A DNA stretch of 64,000 nucleotides from a bacterium (GTDB lineage: Bacteria; Zhuqueibacterota; Zhuqueibacteria; Residuimicrobiales; Krinioviventaceae), in contig CAXXMD010000003.1 in assembly GCA_963675755.2 (NCBI GenBank), positions 3,360,001 to 3,424,000 on the forward strand. The letters are read 5' to 3'. Position numbers and translations under genes: made by a program. Under the pieces are notes generated by a model that saw only the letters and a program-made list of their open reading frames with translations, had not been told where the DNA came from and did not search any database. Shown here in pieces: positions 29,219 through 39,700 of this stretch; the first letter of the stretch is position 1; each line of letters begins with the position of its first letter.

Positions 29219-31066
29219 ATGTATAAAATCAATTGCAAACAATTGTTTGTTCCACTCTTGTTCATGTATCTGTTGATTATTTCGGATACAGTGGGCGCCT
29301 CTACGCCTGATCAGGTTGTTTTGACGAATTGGGAGTATGCTATAAGTAATGATATCCCAGATTCTACCGCATGGAAGCAGATGCCTGATATGCAAGAAAT
29401 GTCAAGTTTATGTCAGGATCATACAATATGGCTCAGAACGGTATTGCCGGAATTGTCTGTCAGGCATTTATCTCTTTATATAAAACGTATCAGACAGCCC
29501 ATACAGATATTCCTCGATGGAGAAGAGATTTTTCAAGCTGGCAAAACAGATGAACAGCAAGGTTTTCATTTCGTTCGTTGGGACAACTTGTTGGTACAAC
29601 TGCCGGATTACAATACCGGAACAAGTTTGATTTTCAAGTTATATCCTGTTGAAAATGTTTCTGGTTTCAGCTGGAGTATTGTACTGGTTCCTGATCATAT
29701 TATTTACAAGAAATTTTTATTGCAGAATATTGATGATATTGCCTTTGCAATCATTTTTTTAGCAACAGGACTTGCGGTTCTGCTTTTATTTTTTATTTCC
29801 CGTCGTTCAAAACTATTACTGGGTATAATTATATATCTATTTTCATTGGTAATATTTATAGCGAGTAACAGTTCTTTTATACAATTATTGTTGCCCGCAC
29901 CTGGGTTATATTATCATCTCGATTATATTTCTTTAATTAGTGCAACAATTGGGGCATTTTTTGCTATTGAACAGATCATTGAATATCAATACAAGAAAGT
30001 ATTAAAAGGGATTTGGATACTCCATCTGTTATTTTTATTTTTTTCTATTATGCTTTTAAATTTAACAAATTTAACCTTTCCCCAACTAGTTAATTATTTC
30101 ATGGTAATGCTTGTTGTGAATATGATAATATGTATTACTGTAATGGTCCAAAGTGCAAAGACGGGTGAATATACAGCCAAATTATTGTTTGGTGGTATGG
30201 TGTTTTTTTTGGTATCCGCTATAGTGGAAATTGTTCTGTTTTATTATGACGGTAAACCAGGCGTTTACAGCTATAGTGTTCAAGCCATTCATATAGGGGC
30301 CTTGTTTTTTGTTGTTTCTCTGATTTGGATTGCCATATATCTGTATCTAGACACCTATAAAGAAAAAGAAATTGCACAGCAAAAAGAACTCGATGCTGTT
30401 AAAAAGGGAAACAAAGCCAGTGAACAGTTTGCCATGAGGCTTATAGAATCTCAGGAAAACGAACGAAACCGGATAGCCATGGAATTGCATGACAGTGTGG
30501 GCCAAAAGCTATTGATCATAAAAAATCTGCTCTTGTCTGAGCTGCGAAAAATAACGAGCAATAACAGTCCGTTGGAACAGGTTTGTGATATTTCCGGTGA
30601 AACCATTCAGGATGTAAGAAATATTATTTATAACCTTCGTCCGCAGCATCTTGATCAGTTGGGTCTGACTACCGCCATTGAAACGGTAATTGAAAATTTT
30701 GCAGACAGTTCAACTATAACTTTTCAAGAAGAACTGGATGATATTGATGATGTAATGTCTAAAGAAGACGAAATTAATTTTTACCGAATTATTCAGGAAA
30801 GCCTGAACAACATTGTTAAGCATTCAAAAGCTGATAAAGCTTTTATTACAATTAAACGAATCAAAGATAACATAAATCTTGTCATCATGGATAATGGGAT
30901 AGGTTGCAAGGGTTACGATACTTCTGAAAATCTGGGGAAAAGAGGATTTGGGATAACCGGTATGTATGAACGGGCAAGAATAATTGGTGCCGAAATGAAA
31001 ATGGGACCTGCTGAAAATGGTGGGACAATTATAGAGTTGAATATGAACAGGATTAAAGATGAATGA
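29219..31066 (+). CDS. Sensor histidine kinase: periplasmic beta-sandwich + 7TM (7TM-DISM-like) + HisKA_3/HATPase
   Basis: ERNRIAMELHDSVGQ, LRPQHLDQLGL, QESLNNIVKHS, DNGIG, GFGITGMYERA; about seven TM segments. Start uncertain (ORF open from 29123). Confidence 0.88.
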   Translation: MYKINCKQLFVPLLFMYLLIISDTVGASTPDQVVLTNWEYAISNDIPDSTAWKQMPDMQEMSSLCQDHTIWLRTVLPELSVRHLSLYIKRIRQPIQIFLDGEEIFQAGKTDEQQGFHFVRWDNLLVQLPDYNTGTSLIFKLYPVENVSGFSWSIVLVPDHIIYKKFLLQNIDDIAFAIIFLATGLAVLLLFFISRRSKLLLGIIIYLFSLVIFIASNSSFIQLLLPAPGLYYHLDYISLISATIGAFFAIEQIIEYQYKKVLKGIWILHLLFLFFSIMLLNLTNLTFPQLVNYFMVMLVVNMIICITVMVQSAKTGEYTAKLLFGGMVFFLVSAIVEIVLFYYDGKPGVYSYSVQAIHIGALFFVVSLIWIAIYLYLDTYKEKEIAQQKELDAVKKGNKASEQFAMRLIESQENERNRIAMELHDSVGQKLLIIKNLLLSELRKITSNNSPLEQVCDISGETIQDVRNIIYNLRPQHLDQLGLTTAIETVIENFADSSTITFQEELDDIDDVMSKEDEINFYRIIQESLNNIVKHSKADKAFITIKRIKDNINLVIMDNGIGCKGYDTSENLGKRGFGITGMYERARIIGAEMKMGPAENGGTIIELNMNRIKDE

Positions 31067-31712
31067 AATTACCCTTTTAATTGCCGATGATCATCCGCTG
31101 TTTCGATCCGGGGTACGAAACGAGTTGGAGAGAATTGATCATTTTCAAATTATTGCAGAAGCAGGTGATGGTAATGAGGCTTTGCAATTGATTAAAGAGC
31201 ACAAGCCTGATGTGGCTATCCTCGATTTTGAAATGCCCGGCTTGAATGGGTTGGAAATTGCTTCACATGTTGCTGATTTAAACCTGAATACCGCAATAAT
31301 TTTACTAACCATGCACCGGGACAGGAAAATTTTTTATAAAGCTATTGATATGGGAATCAATGGCTATGTACTTAAAGACGATGCAATTACAGATATTATC
31401 ATTGCAGTAAAAGCTGTATTTGCAGGCAGACCATTTATCAGTGATGATCTTGCGGAAATACTCATTGAAAAAGCCAGGTCAGCCCAACCGGATAAAGATA
31501 TGGTAGATAAAATTAATCAACTTACCTTTTCGGAAAAACGGGTGCTGAATCTTGTAGCTGAATTAAAATCCAATCAGGAAATTGCAGATGCGTTGTTTAT
31601 ATCTAAAAGAACTGTTGAAAACCACAAAGTGAACATATCTTCAAAACTGGGATTAGATAGTTCACGCAAGTTGCTTAAATTTGCTTTGCAGAACAGAAAT
31701 CTGATGATCTGA
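31059..31712 (+). CDS. NarL/FixJ-family response regulator
   Basis: IADDHPLFR, LDFEMP, LuxR-type HTH SNQEIADALFISKRTVENH. Confidence 0.93.
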   Translation: MNEITLLIADDHPLFRSGVRNELERIDHFQIIAEAGDGNEALQLIKEHKPDVAILDFEMPGLNGLEIASHVADLNLNTAIILLTMHRDRKIFYKAIDMGINGYVLKDDAITDIIIAVKAVFAGRPFISDDLAEILIEKARSAQPDKDMVDKINQLTFSEKRVLNLVAELKSNQEIADALFISKRTVENHKVNISSKLGLDSSRKLLKFALQNRNLMI

Positions 31713-31743
31713 ATTAATTTGTTCCAATCTTTTCATGTTTACA

Positions 31744-31759
31744 TGTGCGTTAACGCACA
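31744..31759. promoter_or_regulatory. Perfect 16-bp palindrome, candidate regulator site
   Basis: TGTGCGTTAACGCACA between the NarL-family gene and the REC/GLUG genes. Confidence 0.5.
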
Positions 31760-31839
31760 GAAAAAAATGTGTTTACACTCATTTATTCCCCTTTAATAAT
31801 TACTATATTCCAAAAAGAATACAAAATTTTGGTTGTAAA

Positions 31840-32187
31840 ATGAAGTTTCTGATTGTGGAAAGGAATGCCCGGTTTCGTGCATTCCTGAGAGAATTTATTG
31901 CTCATGATAATGACATTATTATAGAACTTGAAGGTTCTAAAAGTGTCAGAGAAGCACTGGTCAGGTATGAACCAGACTATACAATAATTGATATTAAATC
32001 CAACGATGATGGTTTTAATTTAGCGGCAAGTCTGAAAAAGGAATTCCCAAATGTCAGGATTATTCTGATCTCTGATTATAAAGATGAGAAATTCAAAACC
32101 AAAGCAAAACAGGTTGGTGCTGATGGTATTGTATCCAAGGAAAATTTATTAGAGCTGCAGGAACTGGTTTTTTTTCGACAAGTATAG
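31840..32187 (+). CDS. Single-domain response regulator receiver
   Basis: MKFLIVE, YTIIDI, DGFNLA, ILISDY, GADGIVSK. Start reassigned to 31840. Confidence 0.8.
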   Translation: MKFLIVERNARFRAFLREFIAHDNDIIIELEGSKSVREALVRYEPDYTIIDIKSNDDGFNLAASLKKEFPNVRIILISDYKDEKFKTKAKQVGADGIVSKENLLELQELVFFRQV

Positions 32188-32232
32188 AATTCAATTTATT
32201 AATCATTAAATGAATTTAGGATGGGTTGAATT

Positions 32233-35200
32233 ATGAGAACATTGTTAATCACTTTACTGTTATCTTTTATGTTAGTTACAATGGTATTTGCAGATGGTAC
32301 CCAACCGCCGGGTTTAGGTAATTTGGATGATCCTTACCTGGTCTCTACACTGGACCATTTGATTTGGATCAGCACCAATTCCGGTTCATGGAGAGACCAT
32401 TTTAAACAAACCGCCAATATAGATGCTGGCAACACGGCGGCGCTGAACCCAAATGGCATCGGCGTACCATTGGGATTTTATCCTATAGGGAACAGTACAA
32501 CTCCATTTAGCGGCACCTATGATGGACAGGGTTTCCGGATCAGTAATTTGTATATCAACCGTACAGAGACTAACAACATTGGTTTATTCGGTTATGTGGA
32601 TGGGATTTTGGCTTCTGTGCAAAATCTGGTGGTAAAAGATGCCTATGTTGCCGGAGTTGAAAATGTAGGCGCGTTGGCGGGATATGCTGCAGGCTCGACT
32701 GAAATTACAAATTGCAGCTCGAGTGGTGATGTTCACGGAGATTACAATTGCGGAGGGCTTGTGGGAACAGTTGGGGCTTCAGCAACTGTAACAAACTGTG
32801 CTTCAGCTGCTGATATTACCGGTTCATATAACAAGATGGGCGGATTGGTAGGCTCTAACGATGGAGTGATCAACACCAGTTATGCCAAAGGTGATGTTTC
32901 CGGTAATTCCAGACTTGGTGGATTAGCCGGTTATTCAGGCGGTACTATTAATAATTGTTATGCGGTTGAAGGATCGGTTTCCGGCTTGACATATATTGGT
33001 GGGTTACTGGGACGAAATATAGGCGGTACGGTCAATTATTGTTTTGCAGCTTGTAGTGTTTCAGGTAACTCTGATCTTGGTGGATTGGCGGGTGATAACG
33101 ATGCAACCATAAATAAATGTTATTATGATTCCCAGGTTTCCGGTCAATCTGATGCAGGCAAAGGGGCTCCCCAAAAAACTATCATGATGAAAACATATTC
33201 TACTTTTTATTATGGCAGTGGCTGGGATTTTGAGTATGAGACAAGAAACGGAACCGCAAGTATATGGGATATGGATTTTTCCGGCGGCACTAACAGCGGA
33301 TATCCTTATTTAGCTTGGCAGGATGGTTCATCCATATCTCTGCCAAACGGCCCGGCGCAACCGGAAGGCAGCGGAACAAGCAGCGCTCCCTACCAGATAG
33401 AGACGCTTGAGGACTTGATATGGATCGCTCGTAATCCTAATAAATGGTCTTCTAATGTGTATTATATTCAAACCGCGAATATTGATGCCTCTGGTGCAAT
33501 CTCATGGAACGGTGTGGGTGGATTCCCCTCTATTGGCAAGTCTTCTACCGATTTTGAGGGTAGTTATAATGGTCAGTATTTTACCATTAGTGATGTGTAT
33601 ATGAGATATCCTGACTGGGACGATGTTGGTGTCTTTGGTAAAACCAATTGTGCAAATATAAGGAGATTGGGAGTTGTAAATGCAAATATTACCGGTAATG
33701 ATAATGTGGGTGCGGTTATCGGTAATGGTTCAGGAGATCATGCCCTTTATCTTGGCACCATTTCCAACTGTTATTCTACCGGTGTAGTAAAAGGTGGCAA
33801 TAATGTAGGTGGAGTAGTAGGTGTAACAAACTTGTATTTTGAGACTAGCAACTGTTATTCATACGCTGATGTTTCGGGTGATGGTTATATTGGTGGACTG
33901 ATAGGGGCTAACAGGGGACCTGTATTTACCAGCTTTGCCAGGGGGGATGTTGATGGCTCTTATTTGGTTGGAGGTTTGGTTGGTTATACAAGCGATGATA
34001 TAAGGAACAGTTATGCTACGAGTCCAGTTTCGGGGGGGAATAGTGTTGGTGGATTGATAGGAAGATTTGGTGGCGGTACTATTTCACGTTGTTATGCTGC
34101 AGGTAGTGTGTCAGGAACTACGGATGTTGGTGGATTTATTGGGGACAAGATCGGCACAAATATGTATTCCTGCTTTTATGATAGTGATGTTACTGGAATG
34201 ACTGATGATACAAAAGGAAATCCCAGAACCACAGCTGAAATGAAAGATTTTATAACATTTTATAATTCCGGCTGGGATTATGTTTCGGAAACAACGAACG
34301 GCAGCAATGATTATTGGGACCAGGACTGTTCTGCAAGTATTAATAATGGTTATCCCTACCTGAGCTTTCAGGATGGTTCAAGTGTGAACCTGACACTATT
34401 GCCTGAGGCACCAGCTAGTGGAGATGGATCCAGTGGTGATCCCTATCAGATTGCAACTCTATCGAACCTGTATTGGCTAAGTTTGAATTCATCAGAGTGG
34501 GGTAAATATTTTATACAGACTGTTGATGTTAATGCCTCGGGCACGTCTACAATTGATTGCGGAGCAGGATTTCCACCTATAGGTAACGCTACAACGATGT
34601 TTAGCGGTTCATACAATGGGCAGGAACATACTATTGATGGTTTAACAATAAACCGGAATGGTGAAAGTTATGTGGGGCTGTTTGGTTATACGGACAATGC
34701 AACAATTCAAAATCTGGGGGTAACGTCCTGCAATATCCAAGGGAGTACCTATGTTGGCGGTATTGCCGGACGAAATAACAATTCTTCGCAAATTTCCCGC
34801 TGTTATACTTCCGGCAGCATTGAGGGTTCGCAGGAAACAGGTGGTATTGTAGGGCGAAACAATACCGATGCAATTATCATTGATTGTTATTCCATGGCAT
34901 CTGTGAAAGGTGCGTTGACCTCTGGCGGTGTTGCGGGAACAAACTACTCGGGTTCGGAAATCATAAGGTGTTATGCCCGCGGTAGTGTTACGGGAACTAC
35001 GGATGCCGGTGGTCTGGTGGGAATCAATAACGCAACGGTAATAAACTGTTTTTATGATCTGCAAACCACCGGTAAAATTGACAGTGACCGGGGAACACCT
35101 TACCCAACGGTTGTCATGCATATGCTCGATACTTTTTTTCAGGCAGGTTGGGACCTTGAAGTAGAGACGACCAATGGCAGCGCTAATATCTGGGACATGG

Positions 35201-36732
35201 ACCACACCGGTACTACCGGTGGAGGCTATCCCTATCTGAGTTGGCAGGATGGTTCAAGTGTATCGATCCCGTCAAAACCGGCATCAGGTGATGGTTCGGC
35301 AGGGGATCCTTACCGGATCACGTCTCTATCCGATCTGACCTGGCTCAGCCTGTTTTCTGAACAATGGTCAACGTCCTGTATCCAGACTAGTGATATTGAC
35401 GTATCAACAGCCAGCAGTTGGTTTGACGGACTTGGGTTTTCTCCCATTGGCAATGCAACGACCCAGTTTACCGGTTCTTATGATGGCCAGGGCAATCTAA
35501 TCAGCAATCTAACAATCAATAGGGTGGTTTTTAATTATGTGGGATTGTTTGGCTATATTGATGGCGCTACGATTAAGAATCTGGGGCTAAAAAATAGTGA
35601 TATTAAAGGGGGGCAGTATGTAGGGGGGATTGCCGGAAGAAATAGTAACAGTGCATTAATAGAATGTTGTTATACAGCCGGCAGTATTGAGGGAACGTCA
35701 GATACAGGAGGCATTGCAGGGCGGAATAATACCAACGCTATTATTCGTAATTGTTATTCAAAAGCAGATATCACCGGCGCAAACGCCTCTGGTGGACTTT
35801 TAGGTTCTAATAATTCTGATTCTGAAGTGGTTTACTGTTATTCAATAGGTGCCATCTCTGCGGGGATTGGTACAGGCGGGCTCATTGGTGTAAATAATGC
35901 TTCGGTATCTCATAGTTTTTATAATTTGGAAACCACGGGGCAATCGGATACCGGCAAAGGCATAGGCATATCTACCGTGTTAATGCAAAGACTGGAGACA
36001 TTTACCACCGTTGGCTGGGACTTTGAAATTGAATCTGGTAATGGTACGAATGATTATTGGGACATGGACTGTTCCTGCTCTATCAATAACGGTTTCCCTT
36101 TTCTCAGTTGGCTGAACGATGGTGATACAGCATTACCGGTTGAACTTGCCGCGTTTACCGCAAGAAATGAGAACAAACATATATTACTTGATTGGACCAC
36201 TGCAACCGAATCAGCGAATTTGGGCTTTATACTCGAACGTCGCGATGAAAACAGCAACTGGCAGGAAATTGCTTCTTACAAGATGAGCGAATCATTGCGT
36301 GGTCAGGGCACATCTGCAACAGAAACGGAATATTCTTTTACTGACAATGCTATTACTCCCGGCAATACCTATACCTACCGTTTGTGGGATGTAAACACGA
36401 ACGGCGAGGTAAATGAGCTTGCTACAGTAACAGTAGATGTGGTTTATATACCAACCACTACCCAATTATTACCAGCGTATCCCAATCCGTTCAATCCGGC
36501 AACCACCATCCGGTATGAGCTGGCAAAAAATGGATATGTTAACATTGCAGTGTATGATGTACTGGGTAAACAGGTAATTGGGCTGTTTGATGGAGAACAA
36601 TCCGTTGGCAGTTATGAGCTACGCTGGAATGGTTTGGATGAAAGAGGCACCCAGGTGTCGAGCGGTATCTTTTTTGTGCGAATGCAGAGTGTACAGCAAA
36701 GCAGTATACAGAAAATTACATTGATGAAATAA
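32233..36732 (+). CDS. Secreted GLUG-motif repeat protein (4 large modules) with LPVEL-Ig + FlgD-Ig/T9SS-type C-terminal domain
   Basis: Signal peptide; four modules starting G.G...PY.I..L..L.W with VGGLVG/GLFG repeats; ALPVELAAFTA; YPNPFNPATT...KITLMK. Confidence 0.85.
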   Translation: MRTLLITLLLSFMLVTMVFADGTQPPGLGNLDDPYLVSTLDHLIWISTNSGSWRDHFKQTANIDAGNTAALNPNGIGVPLGFYPIGNSTTPFSGTYDGQGFRISNLYINRTETNNIGLFGYVDGILASVQNLVVKDAYVAGVENVGALAGYAAGSTEITNCSSSGDVHGDYNCGGLVGTVGASATVTNCASAADITGSYNKMGGLVGSNDGVINTSYAKGDVSGNSRLGGLAGYSGGTINNCYAVEGSVSGLTYIGGLLGRNIGGTVNYCFAACSVSGNSDLGGLAGDNDATINKCYYDSQVSGQSDAGKGAPQKTIMMKTYSTFYYGSGWDFEYETRNGTASIWDMDFSGGTNSGYPYLAWQDGSSISLPNGPAQPEGSGTSSAPYQIETLEDLIWIARNPNKWSSNVYYIQTANIDASGAISWNGVGGFPSIGKSSTDFEGSYNGQYFTISDVYMRYPDWDDVGVFGKTNCANIRRLGVVNANITGNDNVGAVIGNGSGDHALYLGTISNCYSTGVVKGGNNVGGVVGVTNLYFETSNCYSYADVSGDGYIGGLIGANRGPVFTSFARGDVDGSYLVGGLVGYTSDDIRNSYATSPVSGGNSVGGLIGRFGGGTISRCYAAGSVSGTTDVGGFIGDKIGTNMYSCFYDSDVTGMTDDTKGNPRTTAEMKDFITFYNSGWDYVSETTNGSNDYWDQDCSASINNGYPYLSFQDGSSVNLTLLPEAPASGDGSSGDPYQIATLSNLYWLSLNSSEWGKYFIQTVDVNASGTSTIDCGAGFPPIGNATTMFSGSYNGQEHTIDGLTINRNGESYVGLFGYTDNATIQNLGVTSCNIQGSTYVGGIAGRNNNSSQISRCYTSGSIEGSQETGGIVGRNNTDAIIIDCYSMASVKGALTSGGVAGTNYSGSEIIRCYARGSVTGTTDAGGLVGINNATVINCFYDLQTTGKIDSDRGTPYPTVVMHMLDTFFQAGWDLEVETTNGSANIWDMDHTGTTGGGYPYLSWQDGSSVSIPSKPASGDGSAGDPYRITSLSDLTWLSLFSEQWSTSCIQTSDIDVSTASSWFDGLGFSPIGNATTQFTGSYDGQGNLISNLTINRVVFNYVGLFGYIDGATIKNLGLKNSDIKGGQYVGGIAGRNSNSALIECCYTAGSIEGTSDTGGIAGRNNTNAIIRNCYSKADITGANASGGLLGSNNSDSEVVYCYSIGAISAGIGTGGLIGVNNASVSHSFYNLETTGQSDTGKGIGISTVLMQRLETFTTVGWDFEIESGNGTNDYWDMDCSCSINNGFPFLSWLNDGDTALPVELAAFTARNENKHILLDWTTATESANLGFILERRDENSNWQEIASYKMSESLRGQGTSATETEYSFTDNAITPGNTYTYRLWDVNTNGEVNELATVTVDVVYIPTTTQLLPAYPNPFNPATTIRYELAKNGYVNIAVYDVLGKQVIGLFDGEQSVGSYELRWNGLDERGTQVSSGIFFVRMQSVQQSSIQKITLMK

Positions 36733-36768
36733 AGAGGTGTTGTTAATTAGTCAGTATTGTGAGGAGAA

Positions 36769-39700
36769 ATGAGAAAATTATATTCTGTTCTGTTGATAGT
36801 CGTTTTTCTTACAACAGGCCTTTATGCCGACGGCACTCAGCCGCCGGGTTCAGGTACTTCCGATGAACCCTACGAGGTCTCAACCCTGGACCATTTGTTA
36901 TGGATCAGTACCAATTCGACATCATGGGGCAAGCATTTCGAGCAAACCGCCGATATAGACGCCTCAGCGACAGCCACCTGGAACAGTGACGGAGAAGGCG
37001 GTTATGAAGGGTTCTCCCCCATTGGGAACGTTTGGACCGTATCGGACGAATTTACAGGCACTTACGATGGCCAGGGATACACAATTGAGGATTTGTACAT
37101 TAACCGGACCAGTGCAAATGTTGGATTGTTTGGGTGGATACAAGGTGGATCTGTCGAAAACTTAATCCTGAGAAACGTAAATATTACCGGAGATTCGCAT
37201 GTTGGCGGACTTGCTGGATTAAATTCCCAAGGAGTAATTACAAATTGCTCCTCCTCAGGGTCGGTTTCAGGTTACACCTATGTAGGTGGTCTGGTCGGAC
37301 TCGTGCAGTATTCCGCCGAGGTTCACGAATGCCGGTCTTTATGTAGCGTTTCCGGTACCGACTTGGTTGGCTGCCTGGCGGGAAACGCTAGTTTCTCTGC
37401 GGTTATTAACAATAGTTACGCCCGGGGCAGTGTTGGCGGCACCTCCTATGTTGGCGGACTGCTTGGACGGAATTCGGATGGCTGCCTGGTTAACAATTGT
37501 TACGCCGCAGCCAGCGTTTCCGGTGACAGCCAAGTTGGCGGACTGGTTGGCGAAAATGATGGAACAATAAGCAATAGTTTTTACGATCAGGAAACAACCG
37601 GGCAAAGCGATACCGGCAAGGGCAAACCTAAAACCACTGAGCAAATGAAATTACTTTCAACCTTTACCAATGCCGGTTGGGACTTTGAGAATGAGACAAA
37701 TAACGGAACTGATAATATCTGGGATATTGATTATATCAATTCCACAAATTCCGGCTACCCCTATCTGAGCTGGCAGGACGGCGAAGCGGTCTCCCAGCCT
37801 TCAGGACCTGACGGAAGCGGCACATCTGACGATCCATACCAGATCAGTACACTGACAGACCTCTGCTGGCTGAGTCAGAACCAGTCAAGCTGGGACAAAC
37901 ATTTTATCCAGGTTAATTATATAGACGCTTCCGGTACAAGTTCCTGGTGTGGAGGTTTTGGGTTCTCCCCCATTGGGAACGTTTGGACCGTATCGGACGA
38001 ATTTACAGGCACTTACGATGGCCAGGGATACACAATTGAGGATTTGTACATTAACCGGACCAGTGCAAATGTTGGATTGTTTGGGTGGATACAAGGTGGA
38101 TCTGTCGAAAACTTAATCCTGAGAAACGTAAATATTACCGGAGATTCGCATGTTGGCGGACTTGCTGGATTAAATTCCCAAGGAGTAATTACAAATTGCT
38201 CCTCCTCAGGGTCGGTTTCAGGTTACACCTATGTAGGTGGGCTGATCGGACTTATGTCGAGGGGCCAGATTAACGAATGCCGGTCTTTATGCAGCGTTTC
38301 CGGTTCCTCTTGTATTGGCGGACTGGTGGGATCAACTGCCGACGATGCGGTTATTAAAAACAGTTATGTCCGGGGAATTGTCAATGGCAGTGTCCAGGAA
38401 ATTGGAGGACTGGTCGGACGGGCTACTTCCGGCCTGTTTAACAATTGTTACGCCACAGGCAGCGTTTCCGGTGATAGCGACGTTGGCGGCCTGGTTGGAT
38501 CAAACACCTCTGCAACCGTCAGTAACAGTTTTTACGATCAGGAAACCACCGGGCAAGATGATACCGGTAAGGGCATACCCAAAACCACAACAGAAATGAA
38601 AGATTATACAACATTTATCAACGCCGGGTGGGACTATGTGTCGGAAACTGTCAATGGTTCAGATGATGATTGGGACCAGGACTGTTCTGAAAGTATTAAC
38701 AACGGTTATCCCTACCTGAACTGGCAGGACGGCACCTCGGTTTCCCTTACTATTTTGTCAATTGTACCTTCTGTCGGGGATGGTTCCGCCAGTGATCCGT
38801 ACCAAATTGCCAATATAAATAATCTGTACTGGCTTTCTCAAAACAGCGATCAATGGGGACAAAATTATATTCAGGTGGCCAATATTGATGCGTCTGATAC
38901 CGGCAGTTTGGACGGCGGTTCAGGTTACTCTTGTATTGGCTCATTAGCAACTAACTTTAGCGGTACGTATGACGGTCAGGGTTATGTCATTGATGACCTG
39001 CAAATAAACCGGTCGTCCGAAGATTATATCGGGCTTTTTGGTTTTACAAACGGGGCCGAGATCAGTAGTGTCGGCCTGACCGGTGCGGATATCACCGGCG
39101 GCCAGTATGTGGGCGGAATAGCCGGAGTAATCTCTTCAGGCCGAATTGTCCAGTGTTATACCAAAGGCAGCATCTCCGGCACATCTGATGTGGGCGGTGT
39201 GACCGGCAGCAATAATAATTGTTTGATACGCAATTGTTTTTCCGCAGCCGGTATTTCCGGCACCTCCAATATTGGCGGTTTAACAGGAAATAATACCAAC
39301 TCGGCAACCATAGATAAATGTTACGCCCGGGGGAGTGTGTCCGGTACATCCGATGTTGGTGGTTTGGTGGGGACCAATTCAGCCACCGTAACCAGCAGCT
39401 TTTTTGACGGTGAAACCACCGGACAAAGTGACAATAGCGGCAAGGGAGTCCCCAAGACCACACAGGCCATGCAGACATTCAGCACGTTTTTCAATGCCGG
39501 GTGGGACTTGGAAGTAGAGATTAACAATGGCAGTAATAACAATTGGGACATGGACTATACCGGCAGCTTTGGCGGCTGTTATCCCTATCTCAGTTGGCAG
39601 GACGGTTCAGAAGTATCTATTCCGTCCAAACCGGCAGCGGGTACCGGTTCCAGCAGCAATCCGTACCAGATCTCATCCCTGAGTGACCTGGCCTGGCTCA

